Shown one piece after another: positions 26,907-36,245 of a stretch of 64,000 bases of DNA. The translations under genes were made by a program, and so were the position numbers. Below the pieces are notes generated by a model. The model had not been told where the DNA came from, did no database searches, and was given only the letters and a program-made list of their open reading frames with translations. This DNA comes from Vulcanimicrobiota bacterium (GTDB lineage Bacteria; Vulcanimicrobiota; Vulcanimicrobiia; Vulcanimicrobiales; Vulcanimicrobiaceae). Each line of letters opens with the position of its first letter. Position 1 is the first letter of the stretch. The stretch spans positions 1,632,001-1,696,000 of the forward strand of contig OY968762.1 in NCBI GenBank assembly GCA_963695225.1, written 5' to 3'.

Positions 26907-28547
26907 TCATTCGCTTGCTGAGGTCGATACTTCGGATACGTCAGGCGATCGCCGGAGTGGGGCGCCGGCCAGTTCTCGCGCGAGCTTGCTCGCGTTGCGG
27001 GCGACGATCGCGTAAATCGAGAGTTGCGGATTCGCCCCAACGCTCGTGGGAAAGATCGAGCCGTCGAAAACGGAGACGTTTTCGATCTGATGGTGCCGCC
27101 CGGCCGGATCGACGACCGACTCGCGCGGGTTCGCGCCCATCCCGCAGCCGCCCATCACGTGCGCGCTGACGACGCGTGCGCGCAGGATCTCCATGCGCAA
27201 TAGCGCGATCGCGGCTTCGGCGCTGGGAAGGGCGTCGTAGTCGCTCGCATCTTCGTGGAGCGGGAACACGCGCACCGCACCTGCGGCGAACTGGATCTGC
27301 GCCATCGTCGCGAACGCCCTGCGAAAACCGTCCCACACGTACGGGGTGATCGGGTAGTCGAGTAGCGGCGTACCGTCATCCTTGAGTTCGACCGTGCCGC
27401 CCGCGCTCTCGGCGTGAAAGCCGTCGCGCATCAACGCGATGATCGCATGGACGTTGGGCAGCCGAGCCATCAACCGCGCGTGCCGCACGCCGAACGACGT
27501 CAACGTCGTCGCGGTCAGCAACGGATGCAGCGGGGGGACCTCGAGTTTGTAGCCGATCGGCCCGTCGAGCGGCCCCTTGAGGAAATGATCCGAGTAGAGC
27601 GACTGCGGCGCGCCCGAGTAGCCTTCGACGCGATCCGGCAGCACCGCCGCCGAGACCGCCGCCGGGTGCAGGAACGTGCGTTTTCCGGCGCGGCCGTGCG
27701 GATCGGGAAGCTTGCTTCGCAAGATCAACGCGGGGCTCCCGATCGCACCCGCGGCGATGACGTAATGCTTGGCGCGCACGTGAATCGATTTCGCCGTCGG
27801 AGCGATCCCGCGCGAATCCATCGCCACGCAGTCGAGCCCCGTAACGCGCGTGCCGGCGAACTGGAGTCGCTGCGCTCGCGCGCGGTAGAGCAGCACTGCG
27901 CCGTGCCGTAGCGCAGCGGGGATCGTCGTCACGAGCATCGATTGCTTGGCGTTCGTGGGACATCCCATTCCGCAATATCCCAAGTTGCGGCAACCGGTGA
28001 CGTTCCGGCGGATGTGCCCCATCGAGATGCCGAGCGCGCGGGCGCCCGCGCGCAAGAGCTCGTTGTTGGCGTTCGGCGCGACGCTCCAATCGCGGACGCT
28101 CAAACGCCGTTCCAGCATCGCGAACCACGGAGCGAGATCGCTCTCGGTGTAATCCGCCAGGCCGAAGCGCTCCCTCCAATGTTCGAGCGTCGAAGGCGGC
28201 GTGCGAAAACTCGAGGCCCAATTCACGGTCGTCGAGCCGCCGACGCTGCGCCCTTGCAGGATGTTGATGCCCTTGTCCTTCGTCTTTCGCGCGGCGGATT
28301 CTTGATACAGATCGGGATACGCTTCCGCTTCGAGCATGTGGAAATCGGAGGAAGTTCGCAACGGTCCTTCCTCGATCAGCACGACGCGCAATCCGGCGCG
28401 TGCGAGGATCTCCGCCGCCGTCCCTCCGCCCGCGCCCGTTCCCACGATCGCGACGTCCGCATCGAGCGCGAGGTCGGACGAAAGGCGCGACGCGTCGCGG
28501 ACGTCCCAGCCGCTGCGGATCCCTTCAGCGACGGCGTCCCGGATCAC
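26907..28547 (-). CDS. GMC family oxidoreductase
   Basis: Motifs GTGAGG, GRSVGGSTTVN, CRNLGYCGMGCP, AHVMGG, GANPQLSI; GTGA overlap. Confidence 0.92.
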   Translation of the reverse strand: MIRDAVAEGIRSGWDVRDASRLSSDLALDADVAIVGTGAGGGTAAEILARAGLRVVLIEEGPLRTSSDFHMLEAEAYPDLYQESAARKTKDKGINILQGRSVGGSTTVNWASSFRTPPSTLEHWRERFGLADYTESDLAPWFAMLERRLSVRDWSVAPNANNELLRAGARALGISMGHIRRNVTGCRNLGYCGMGCPTNAKQSMLVTTIPAALRHGAVLLYRARAQRLQFAGTRVTGLDCVAMDSRGIAPTAKSIHVRAKHYVIAAGAIGSPALILRSKLPDPHGRAGKRTFLHPAAVSAAVLPDRVEGYSGAPQSLYSDHFLKGPLDGPIGYKLEVPPLHPLLTATTLTSFGVRHARLMARLPNVHAIIALMRDGFHAESAGGTVELKDDGTPLLDYPITPYVWDGFRRAFATMAQIQFAAGAVRVFPLHEDASDYDALPSAEAAIALLRMEILRARVVSAHVMGGCGMGANPRESVVDPAGRHHQIENVSVFDGSIFPTSVGANPQLSIYAIVARNASKLARELAGAPLRRSPDVSEVSTSASE

Positions 28548-29077
28548 GCCTTGCCGAGCGCCGGCGGACCGGGGTAGCCGATCCGCCGCCACGCTGCCGG
28601 ATTCCCGTACCACGCCGCGAGAATCAGTTGGTGCAGCGCGTCGTACCCGCTCCGAAACGTCGCGATCCGGCTCGTTCGCCAGGACTGCAAGAAGCGCTCG
28701 ATTTCCTGGGCGCCCGCTTCCTCCCACGAACCGTGCACGCCGGCGACGAGAAAGCGCGCCGGCGGAAAACCCAACAGCTTGAAGAGCTGAGCGATTTCTC
28801 GCTGAACGCTCGGCGTCAGGGATGCGATCGCGGCATCAGTGCCGTCGACCACGTCGCGCAGCGCGGAGGACTCGCGCTCGCCCAACTCGGGCAACGCGCC
28901 CGCGAGCATGACGGGCGCGATCGCGGCTACGATCCCGCGTGCGGCGGGGTCGAGGGCGCTTTCACGCGCGCGGGGTTGCGCCGCACGGGCGGGAGTCGCC
29001 TTACGCGCGAGGCGCACGACGGCAAGCGCCGTCGCGCCCCCGAGCGCAAGTTCGAACCAGCGGCGGCGGCTCAGCAC
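28544..29077 (-). CDS. Tat-signal partner subunit of the GMC oxidoreductase (gluconate dehydrogenase subunit 3-like)
   Basis: SRRRWF twin-arginine leader; C-terminal WRRIGYPGPP. Confidence 0.8.
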   Translation of the reverse strand: MLSRRRWFELALGGATALAVVRLARKATPARAAQPRARESALDPAARGIVAAIAPVMLAGALPELGERESSALRDVVDGTDAAIASLTPSVQREIAQLFKLLGFPPARFLVAGVHGSWEEAGAQEIERFLQSWRTSRIATFRSGYDALHQLILAAWYGNPAAWRRIGYPGPPALGKA

Positions 29078-29117
29078 GAGCGCTCCGCCGGCTCTGCGCG
29101 CAGGAACGCCGTCAACG

Positions 29118-29606
29118 CTACTTCGCGGGCGGCGCGGAGGGCGCCGGGGACGCGGGCGCGGCGGCGGCCGGACCGACGTCGACGGTGGCTTCGTCGGCGA
29201 GAGGGCCTCTCCAACCGCTCGCGTTCACTTCGTACTTGAAATGGTCCGTCCCGGTGAAGCCCTCGCGCGGCTCGTAATACACCGCGATGCCGGGGTACGA
29301 GTTGCCGTTGCACTTCATTCTCACGGGTACGCGCGACGTGTACTTGATCGTAGCGGCACGGCTCACCAGCGTGCCGTTGGCGGGCTGTTCGGTGACCTTC
29401 ATCTCCGGAACGGCCACGAACGAACAGAGATTGTCGATCGCCGTGTAGCCGAAGATGAACGTCTCTTTGCCTGCGCTCGTCGCGACATGCCTCGAATCCG
29501 CGATCGCCGCGGTCGGCCCGAGCATCAGGAGCGCCGCGGCGATCAGGGCGCTCGCTCCTCCGCGACTCGGCGCGGAATCGATTGCAGGACGGTTACCGTA
29601 GTGCAT
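29118..29606 (-). CDS. Exported hypothetical protein with Ig/cadherin-like fold
   Basis: Hydrophobic leader; QPANGTL and YEPREGFTGTDHFKY. Confidence 0.7.
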   Translation of the reverse strand: MHYGNRPAIDSAPSRGGASALIAAALLMLGPTAAIADSRHVATSAGKETFIFGYTAIDNLCSFVAVPEMKVTEQPANGTLVSRAATIKYTSRVPVRMKCNGNSYPGIAVYYEPREGFTGTDHFKYEVNASGWRGPLADEATVDVGPAAAAPASPAPSAPPAK

Positions 29607-29785
29607 CCGGGTACCTCGCGGCAGAGTGATGAACTTCGCCGGCGCGAGCGCAAGGTCCGGCCGGACCGTCGGGCCGACGACCGGTTGAGCTCGCGCTAAG
29701 GACACGCCGTAACGCACCGTTCATTTGAGGTTCAGGATGAAGGCCTATGCTCGGGGCATCCCCTCCCCCTCATCCCGGAGACGAA

Positions 29786-30763
29786 ATGGCGCCCACTTCA
29801 TCGAAACTCCCACCCGCGAACGATCCCAAGGTGCGGCTCTACGCGAAGCACGGCTTGCTGACGCGCACGCTGCATTGGTTGAACATGGTCGCGACCCTCG
29901 CACTCATCTCCACGGGAATCGCGATGATGATCGGCGGCGAATGGCTGCGCTCGCTCGGGGGCTCGATCCATGAAGTCTTCTACTTGCTCTTGCTCGGCGT
30001 CGGCGCGATCTATCTCGTCTCGCTGATCGCGAGCCGCGGTTGGAAGATATTCCTCCCGACGCGCGAGACGATCGCCGATGCGGCCGGTGTCGTGAAGAGC
30101 GAGTTGGGAATCGGAACGCACGCGCCGCGCTTGGCGAAATACAACGGCGCGCAGCGCCTAGCGTATCTCGCGGTCTTGCTGATGGTCGCGGGCGAAGTCG
30201 TGACGGGGCTCGCGATGGCCTATCGCGACCAAGTCCCGTGGCTCGCCGCGGCGCTGGGCGGGCGCCACACGGTACGCGGCATTCATAAGTTTCTGATGTT
30301 CGGCATCGTCGCGTTCGTGCTCGTGCACGTCGTCCAAGTGATGCGCGCGGGTTGGCCGACGCTGCGCGCGATGATCTCGGGCTACGCCATCGTCCCCGCG
30401 GGGGCCGCGGCCGCAATCGACGGCGCAACGCCGGAACCCGACCGTCTCGGCGCTCCGATTCCTCAAAGCGCGGCGAACGCGACGCTCGCTTCGAACACTC
30501 GGAAAGGCTTTATCGGCGCCGGCGCCGCGCTGGCGGCGGGGCTTCTCCTCGCCGCCGTCGGCGGCGCTCGCGAAGCCGTCGCTGAAGGGGGCGAGGGGAT
30601 CGGGCCCCGCAGCCCGGTCACGGCCGGCGGTACGAGCGCGAACGGCGACGGCATGTCCGCGAACGGCGCAGGCGCTCCGTTGAACGCCGCCGCGAGCCGT
30701 CGCCGGGAGCGGCGGCGGCGTACCGGCGGTGACGAAGGGTACGACGGAGACGGCGACGACTGA
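29786..30763 (+). CDS. Cytochrome b/b6-domain membrane protein (Ni-hydrogenase cytochrome b type)
   Basis: GGAG RBS; RTLHWLN, IH, KYNGAQRLAY, RGIH, FVLVHV, AMISG. Confidence 0.82.
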   Translation: MAPTSSKLPPANDPKVRLYAKHGLLTRTLHWLNMVATLALISTGIAMMIGGEWLRSLGGSIHEVFYLLLLGVGAIYLVSLIASRGWKIFLPTRETIADAAGVVKSELGIGTHAPRLAKYNGAQRLAYLAVLLMVAGEVVTGLAMAYRDQVPWLAAALGGRHTVRGIHKFLMFGIVAFVLVHVVQVMRAGWPTLRAMISGYAIVPAGAAAAIDGATPEPDRLGAPIPQSAANATLASNTRKGFIGAGAALAAGLLLAAVGGAREAVAEGGEGIGPRSPVTAGGTSANGDGMSANGAGAPLNAAASRRRERRRRTGGDEGYDGDGDD

Positions 30764-30821
30764 AGCCGGCGCACCCGCGCCTGCTCGGAGCGTATGATCC
30801 CGATATGCGGAAGCCGGAAAG

Positions 30822-31670
30822 ATGAACGTAGCGGGAATCCTCTTGCGCGGCGGCCTCGCGCTCGGGGCCGTCGCCTTCGCGTCCGTGATCGCCGGCAGTC
30901 GAGGCTTCGACGGCCTCGTCACGCGCGACGTGCGCGACCTGTTCTCCCAAAGCGCGCAACCCGGCCCGGCGGAAGGCCGCCGGCCGCTCCCCGAACCCGT
31001 GCTGCGCTACCTGCGCTATGCCGTACCCGCCGGCACGCCGCCCATCCGCACGATGCGGATGCTGCACGGCGGAACGTTTCGCACGAAGCCGGACGGGGCG
31101 TGGTGGCCTATCGAAGGCGAGGAGTACTTCACGCTCGAGCGTCCCGGGTTCGTATGGGCCGCGCGAGCCGAACCTTCGCCGCTCGTGTGGATCGGGGTCC
31201 GCGACCAGTTGCTCGACGGGCGCGGCAACATGCTCGTGAAGGCCTACTCGACGCTCACGATGGTCGATGCCAAGGGGCCCGAGATCGACCAGGGGAGCCG
31301 GATGCGGTGGCTCGCGGAGATGATGTGGTGCCCGACCGCGCTCGCAGGCGAGGCCGTCCGCTGGGACCCGATCGACGCGCATTCGGCCCGCGCCACGTTA
31401 CTCGACGAAGGCTTGCCCGTGAGCCTCGTCTTCGAGTTCGACGGTGAAGGCAAGCTTTCGGGGGTGCACGGCGAGCGCTATTACGACGCGGGCGAGGGCA
31501 GGGCGAAACTCATGCCGTGGTTCGGACGCGCGCGCGATTACCGCGAGTTCGGCGGCGTGCGCGTTCCGGCAACGGCCGAAGTCGGCTGGATGCTCCAGGG
31601 GAAAGAATTCATCTACGCGCGCTTCCACGTGACCGCGCTCGAAGCGAACGTCGGGGAGCGTTTCCGCTAG
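30822..31670 (+). CDS. DUF6544-like protein
   Basis: Motifs LPEPVLRYL, PGFVW, RWLAEMMWCPTAL, WDPIDAHSA. Confidence 0.7.
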   Translation: MNVAGILLRGGLALGAVAFASVIAGSRGFDGLVTRDVRDLFSQSAQPGPAEGRRPLPEPVLRYLRYAVPAGTPPIRTMRMLHGGTFRTKPDGAWWPIEGEEYFTLERPGFVWAARAEPSPLVWIGVRDQLLDGRGNMLVKAYSTLTMVDAKGPEIDQGSRMRWLAEMMWCPTALAGEAVRWDPIDAHSARATLLDEGLPVSLVFEFDGEGKLSGVHGERYYDAGEGRAKLMPWFGRARDYREFGGVRVPATAEVGWMLQGKEFIYARFHVTALEANVGERFR

Positions 31671-34616
31671 CTAATCGTCGCGCGCCTGCGTGCCGGCGCC
31701 TCCGCCGGGATACGGCGTGCCGTCCGGGCGCAGACCTCGCCAGAGGATTCGGTTGAATGCGTCCGCGTCGATCTTGTCGGGCGTTCTGAAGTCGAAGCCG
31801 CGGGTTTGGGCGGCCCACCACGCGCCGTCGCGGCGCTCGCGGACCGGCGGCGTGCGATGCGCCGCGGCTTGCGAGCCCTTGCACGCGGGGACGAGATCAG
31901 CCGCGACCGGCGGCGCGCAGAGCACGCCCGGCACGTAGGCCGCGTAACGATCGGCAAGATCGAGCCGGCCGAACAACTCGCTCATCGGGGCGGCGTTCGC
32001 GTCGTTCATTCCCAGCGGCTTCAATCCCAGCAGGTCTTCGATCGTTCGCAAGACGTTGACCGTCGTATACGCAGTGTGCACGACGGCATGGCGCTTCGTA
32101 TAGGCCGAGATCACGTACGCGATCGAACGGTGCCCGTCAACGTGATCGGGCCCGTTCTGCGAATCGTCCTCGAGCACGAAGATCGCGGTATCCTTCCAAT
32201 AGCGCGAAGCCGCCACGTCCGCGACCAACCGGCCCAGCGCGTAGTCGTCGTCGGCGAACTGGAGGGTCGGCGTGGTCAACCCCTCGATCGCCGTCTCGAA
32301 GCTGCCGAAGTGGTCGTGGTTGATCGTCATCACTTCGAGATCCGGCAGGTTTCCGACGGCGACGAATCCGCTGAACTCGCGCTCCCACTCCTCGATTCTG
32401 AACGTGTCCGGGTACCGCTGATCGAACGCGCGGAAATAGACGTCGGTTCGGCCGCGCAAATTCGCCGCAGCCGGGACCGACTGCGGCACCTGCGCCTCGA
32501 ACGGATGCCGCACCAGCGCCGGGTCGAACGGCGTGCCGGATTCGTAATAGTTGAAGTCGCTCTGCCAGCCGTAATTGCGCACGGTCTTACCAGCCCGCAA
32601 CGCGGCATCCCAGAGATAGCCGCCTACGGCGCCGGTCGCATCGTCGTACGAGCCTTCGGTTTCGGCGACGTCCTTTGCGCCGGGAAGGATCGAAGAAGCT
32701 CCGCTGGGATCGAGCAATCCCGTCACGCGCGAATCTTCGATCGTCGCACCGGTCTGCGGCAAGGCGACGTTGACGTTGCGATTCGTGCCTTGATAATCGT
32801 ACGTGAGGCCGTGGAAATTCGCGTTGCCGTAGAGCACCGATTGCGACTTCTCGGTGAAATCCGTCGTGTGCCCGGCCATCGTCCAGTTCCAGCCGACGCC
32901 GCTCGATTCGCCCGGATCGTAGAAGTTGTCGAGCGCCACGAACTCGCTCGCAAGCGCATGATGGTTCGGCCCGACGGCCTTCGGAAAGAGGTTGAGCCGC
33001 GGGTCGCCGTTCGTGCCGGGCAGATCGCCGAGTACCTGATCGTACGTGCGGTTCTCTTTGACGACGTAGATGACGTGCTTGATCTTGCCTCGCAGCGACT
33101 GCATCGTCGCGTCGGGGCGCCGGTTGGAGAGCCCGTTGTTGTTGAGGACGACGCGCGTGAGGTGCTCGAGTTGGGCGCCGCCCGGCAGCGGGATCACGAG
33201 CAATCCGGCCTTTTCCTTGGCCCAGTTGTAGTCGTTTCGGTGCGTGGCGTTCGAGGCGGTGCCGAAGGCGGTCGTACGCGAGTTCGCCGGATTCGGCCCG
33301 ACGTTGCTCTTCGCGTTCACCACGTAGAGCGTCTTGCCGTCCTTGCCTACGCTCACCGAGTTCGGATACCAGCCCGTCGGTATCAATCCGATGACTCGGC
33401 CCGAGGGCAAGCTCACGACGGCCACCGCGTTCTCGCCGCCCAGCGTCACGTATAGGCGGTCGCCCTCGCGGCCGAGCGCGAGCGAGTTGGGATTCGCGCC
33501 GCGATACGGATCGTTCGGATGCAGCGCGATGACCCGCGCGACGCGATCGGAGGCGGTATCGATCAGCGCGATCGAGTCGTCGTTGCCGTCGCTGACGTAG
33601 AGCGTCTTCTGATCCGCCGAGAGCAGCAGGCGATTCGGCCCGCTCGGCACCGCGATCGTCTTGAAGGTTCCGTCCGCCGCGACCGCGATGACCTGGTCGT
33701 CGCGCTGGCTGCTCACGTAGATCTCGCGGACGCTGCCGTCCGGACCAGATCTCACGGCGATCCAATACGGATACTCGCCGCGTGCCTCCGGCTGGCCCGG
33801 CAGGAAGAATTTGACTTCCGCGACCGGCTTGCGCGTCGCGGTATCGGCCAGCGTGATCGAGTCGTTTTCGAAGTTTGCCGCGACGAGCGTCTTGCCGTCC
33901 GCGCTGACGCCGATCCCGGCGACGACGGCGCCGGTCTGCAGCCGGCCGCCGCTCTTTGCTGCGGCCGGCGTACCGTTGAGGATGCCGCCGTCGTAGTTCG
34001 GGAAGGGCGCCGTGCCGTTCGTGTCATGCCCGAGGATGAAAAACGGCGGGTCGGCGACGAACGCGCCGGCCGTTTCCTTGAAGACGTAGACCCTGTCGTC
34101 GATGCCGCCCGAGACGTAGAAGCTCTTCCCGCTCGGATCCCAAACGAGGCCGGCGTAGGTGTTGGGGATGTCGATCTGCGCCAGTTTCTTCGGCACGGCG
34201 CCCGTGACGTCGTAAACGAATACCCATTCCGCGTTCGACGTCGTCGTCGCAGTCGGCGCGCCGGTCACCGGGTCGAGCACCGGATGCACGATCGGGGCTC
34301 CGGTCGATTCGTCGGAAAACCGTAGGTTGTAGCCGCTCGTCAGCACCAGCAGCTTCGTGCCGTCGGGGCTGAGTGCCGTCGTGACGGCTTCGGCCGCGTC
34401 GGCGTTCCGATCGGAACGCAAGCCCGTCGAGAGTGCGTACGTGCGCGAGCCCGGGGCGGCCGTCGCGGTAATGAACTGCCCGGTGGGGATCCGCACCGCT
34501 CCGGGCGGGGCCGCCATGGCCGGCCGTTGCGCTTCCGCCGTCGCCGCAGCGACCGGACCGGCCCCGATGCCGAACAGCGCAGCGCAAACGAGTGCCTGAA
34601 CGAGACGCGGACGCAT
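31671..34616 (-). CDS. Exported YVTN/YncE beta-propeller plus phosphoesterase (alkaline phosphatase superfamily)
   Basis: Propeller repeats (LYVTLGGENAVAVV, IPTGWYP); KHVIYVVKENRTYDQVLGD; EDDSQNGPDHVD. Confidence 0.9.
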   Translation of the reverse strand: MRPRLVQALVCAALFGIGAGPVAAATAEAQRPAMAAPPGAVRIPTGQFITATAAPGSRTYALSTGLRSDRNADAAEAVTTALSPDGTKLLVLTSGYNLRFSDESTGAPIVHPVLDPVTGAPTATTTSNAEWVFVYDVTGAVPKKLAQIDIPNTYAGLVWDPSGKSFYVSGGIDDRVYVFKETAGAFVADPPFFILGHDTNGTAPFPNYDGGILNGTPAAAKSGGRLQTGAVVAGIGVSADGKTLVAANFENDSITLADTATRKPVAEVKFFLPGQPEARGEYPYWIAVRSGPDGSVREIYVSSQRDDQVIAVAADGTFKTIAVPSGPNRLLLSADQKTLYVSDGNDDSIALIDTASDRVARVIALHPNDPYRGANPNSLALGREGDRLYVTLGGENAVAVVSLPSGRVIGLIPTGWYPNSVSVGKDGKTLYVVNAKSNVGPNPANSRTTAFGTASNATHRNDYNWAKEKAGLLVIPLPGGAQLEHLTRVVLNNNGLSNRRPDATMQSLRGKIKHVIYVVKENRTYDQVLGDLPGTNGDPRLNLFPKAVGPNHHALASEFVALDNFYDPGESSGVGWNWTMAGHTTDFTEKSQSVLYGNANFHGLTYDYQGTNRNVNVALPQTGATIEDSRVTGLLDPSGASSILPGAKDVAETEGSYDDATGAVGGYLWDAALRAGKTVRNYGWQSDFNYYESGTPFDPALVRHPFEAQVPQSVPAAANLRGRTDVYFRAFDQRYPDTFRIEEWEREFSGFVAVGNLPDLEVMTINHDHFGSFETAIEGLTTPTLQFADDDYALGRLVADVAASRYWKDTAIFVLEDDSQNGPDHVDGHRSIAYVISAYTKRHAVVHTAYTTVNVLRTIEDLLGLKPLGMNDANAAPMSELFGRLDLADRYAAYVPGVLCAPPVAADLVPACKGSQAAAHRTPPVRERRDGAWWAAQTRGFDFRTPDKIDADAFNRILWRGLRPDGTPYPGGGAGTQARDD

Positions 34617-34676
34617 TCTTCTCCCCACGTTTCCCCTCGACGAGCGAACGAACGAACGTACGAAGCTACTGTAGGC

Positions 34677-34696
34677 ATCGAGCCTTAAGGCTCGAT
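34677..34696. promoter_or_regulatory. Perfect 20-bp palindrome upstream of the phosphoesterase gene, possible operator
   Basis: ATCGAGCCTT|AAGGCTCGAT. Confidence 0.5.
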
Positions 34697-34794
34697 TAGC
34701 GTCGCATCACCGCCTGTCGCGATCCGCCGTCTGCGAGCGCCCGCGACGCCCGCATCCGCCGGCGCCTCTCAACATGCGGCCAATGCCCCTCGTA

Positions 34795-34808
34795 AATTGT
34801 ATACAATT
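34795..34808. promoter_or_regulatory. GntR/FadR-type operator
   Basis: Perfect palindrome AATTGTATACAATT upstream of the GntR gene; a second imperfect copy ATCGTATACATT lies at 34872-34883. Confidence 0.7.
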
Positions 34809-34887
34809 CTCAAACCGAAAGAGTGTGACGGGGCATAAACTCATATTTTACTAGGCGAAGCTGAGCACTATATCGTATACATTCCGC

Positions 34888-35565
34888 ATGAGCACCCTCG
34901 ATCGCGAAGAGCAACCCGGGCGGCCCCTCACGGGCCGGTCCCCGGACGATCTGTTCGAAGCGCTCCGCGAATCGATCCTGACGTGCCGCCGCGCCCCCGG
35001 CGAACGCCTGATCCAAGAGGAACTCGCGGCCGAGTTCGGCACGAGCCGCATCCCTCTGCGCGAGGCGCTCCGCCGCCTAGAGGGCGAGGGGCTCGTCGTG
35101 ATCGCGCCGCACCGCGGTGCAATCGTGCGGCCTTTCGTCCCGAAGGACGTCGCCGATCTCTACGAAGTGCGGCTCGCGCTCGAAACCCTCGCGGTTCGGC
35201 GCGCTTCGGCGCGTTTCACGGATCTCGAGCCCGCGCTCAGCCGCTACCTTTCGCGTAGCAAACGGGCCGCCGCCGTAAACGATTCCTCAGCGCTCTTCCA
35301 CATCGATCGCGACTTTCACGCCGATCTCGCCGCCGCCGCCGATAACCCGCACCTCTCGTCCGTGCTCGGCTCGCTCTGGTCGCAGGTCATACGCGCGATG
35401 CACGCCTTCTTCAGCCACGCGGACTACGGCGAGGACACTTGGAGCGACCACACCGCAATCGCTTCCGCCGTCAAACGCGGCGACGGCGACGGCGCCGTCG
35501 CCGTCCTCAAGCGCCACATCAACGATAGCCGCGACAACATCCTGACGTTCCTCCGTTCGCACTAG
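34888..35565 (+). CDS. GntR-family regulator (FCD domain)
   Basis: wHTH PGERLIQEELAAEFGTSRIPLREAL; FCD motifs FH, NPHL, H...H. Confidence 0.95.
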   Translation: MSTLDREEQPGRPLTGRSPDDLFEALRESILTCRRAPGERLIQEELAAEFGTSRIPLREALRRLEGEGLVVIAPHRGAIVRPFVPKDVADLYEVRLALETLAVRRASARFTDLEPALSRYLSRSKRAAAVNDSSALFHIDRDFHADLAAAADNPHLSSVLGSLWSQVIRAMHAFFSHADYGEDTWSDHTAIASAVKRGDGDGAVAVLKRHINDSRDNILTFLRSH

Positions 35566-35613
35566 ACCCGGACCGCCGCGCCCGCGGCCGGGCGCCGTAC
35601 GCTCGGGCGGGGC

Positions 35614-36039
35614 CTAGAGCGAAAACTGCAGGCCGAGGAATGCCGTCGAGCCGACGCTGCCCGTGACGCCCTGATAATACCGGACGACGGCCGACGTGTG
35701 CGGCGCGATCCCCTCCCTCAAGAGCACGTCGAGAATGAGCCCGGTGTCGCCGTCGGCGTTCAGCTTCCCGAACCCACCGCCGAATCCGATGTGAAGCGGC
35801 CCCGGCGGAAGGATCTCGCCGGTCAGCGCGTAGCGGCTTCCGGACGAGAACGGAAGCGCGAGCGAGAGTTGCGTGGCGAGCGGCGCAAACGTGGGGCCGG
35901 TCAGCGACAACACGGCACCGCCGTTCGGGCCCGTCGTGAACAAGCCGCCCGCTATCGAGGTTTCAGCCGCAGCCGGTACGGTCGCGACCGCCATGAACGC
36001 GGCAAGCGCAGCCGATGCGACGATGTTCGGGAATCTCAT
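35614..36039 (-). CDS. Small exported protein, possible outer-membrane beta-barrel
   Basis: Signal peptide ending AAA-E; amphipathic strands; C-terminal FLGLQFSL. Confidence 0.7.
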   Translation of the reverse strand: MRFPNIVASAALAAFMAVATVPAAAETSIAGGLFTTGPNGGAVLSLTGPTFAPLATQLSLALPFSSGSRYALTGEILPPGPLHIGFGGGFGKLNADGDTGLILDVLLREGIAPHTSAVVRYYQGVTGSVGSTAFLGLQFSL

Positions 36040-36245
36040 TCTCTACGAAGCTCCTTCATTGTAGCCAAAACATTGCGGCCGGCCGCGCGTGCGACGACAA
36101 AAGACGGCGCGAGCGGCCTGACGTTCAGTATTCTGCCGGCATGCTCTCCCGGCCTCGCCGCGCGCCGTCGCCCGCTGCGCCGTCTTGCAAGTAAGGACCG
36201 GCGCCACGAAGAAACCGAACCCGTCATGACTTTGCCGAGGCTTCC

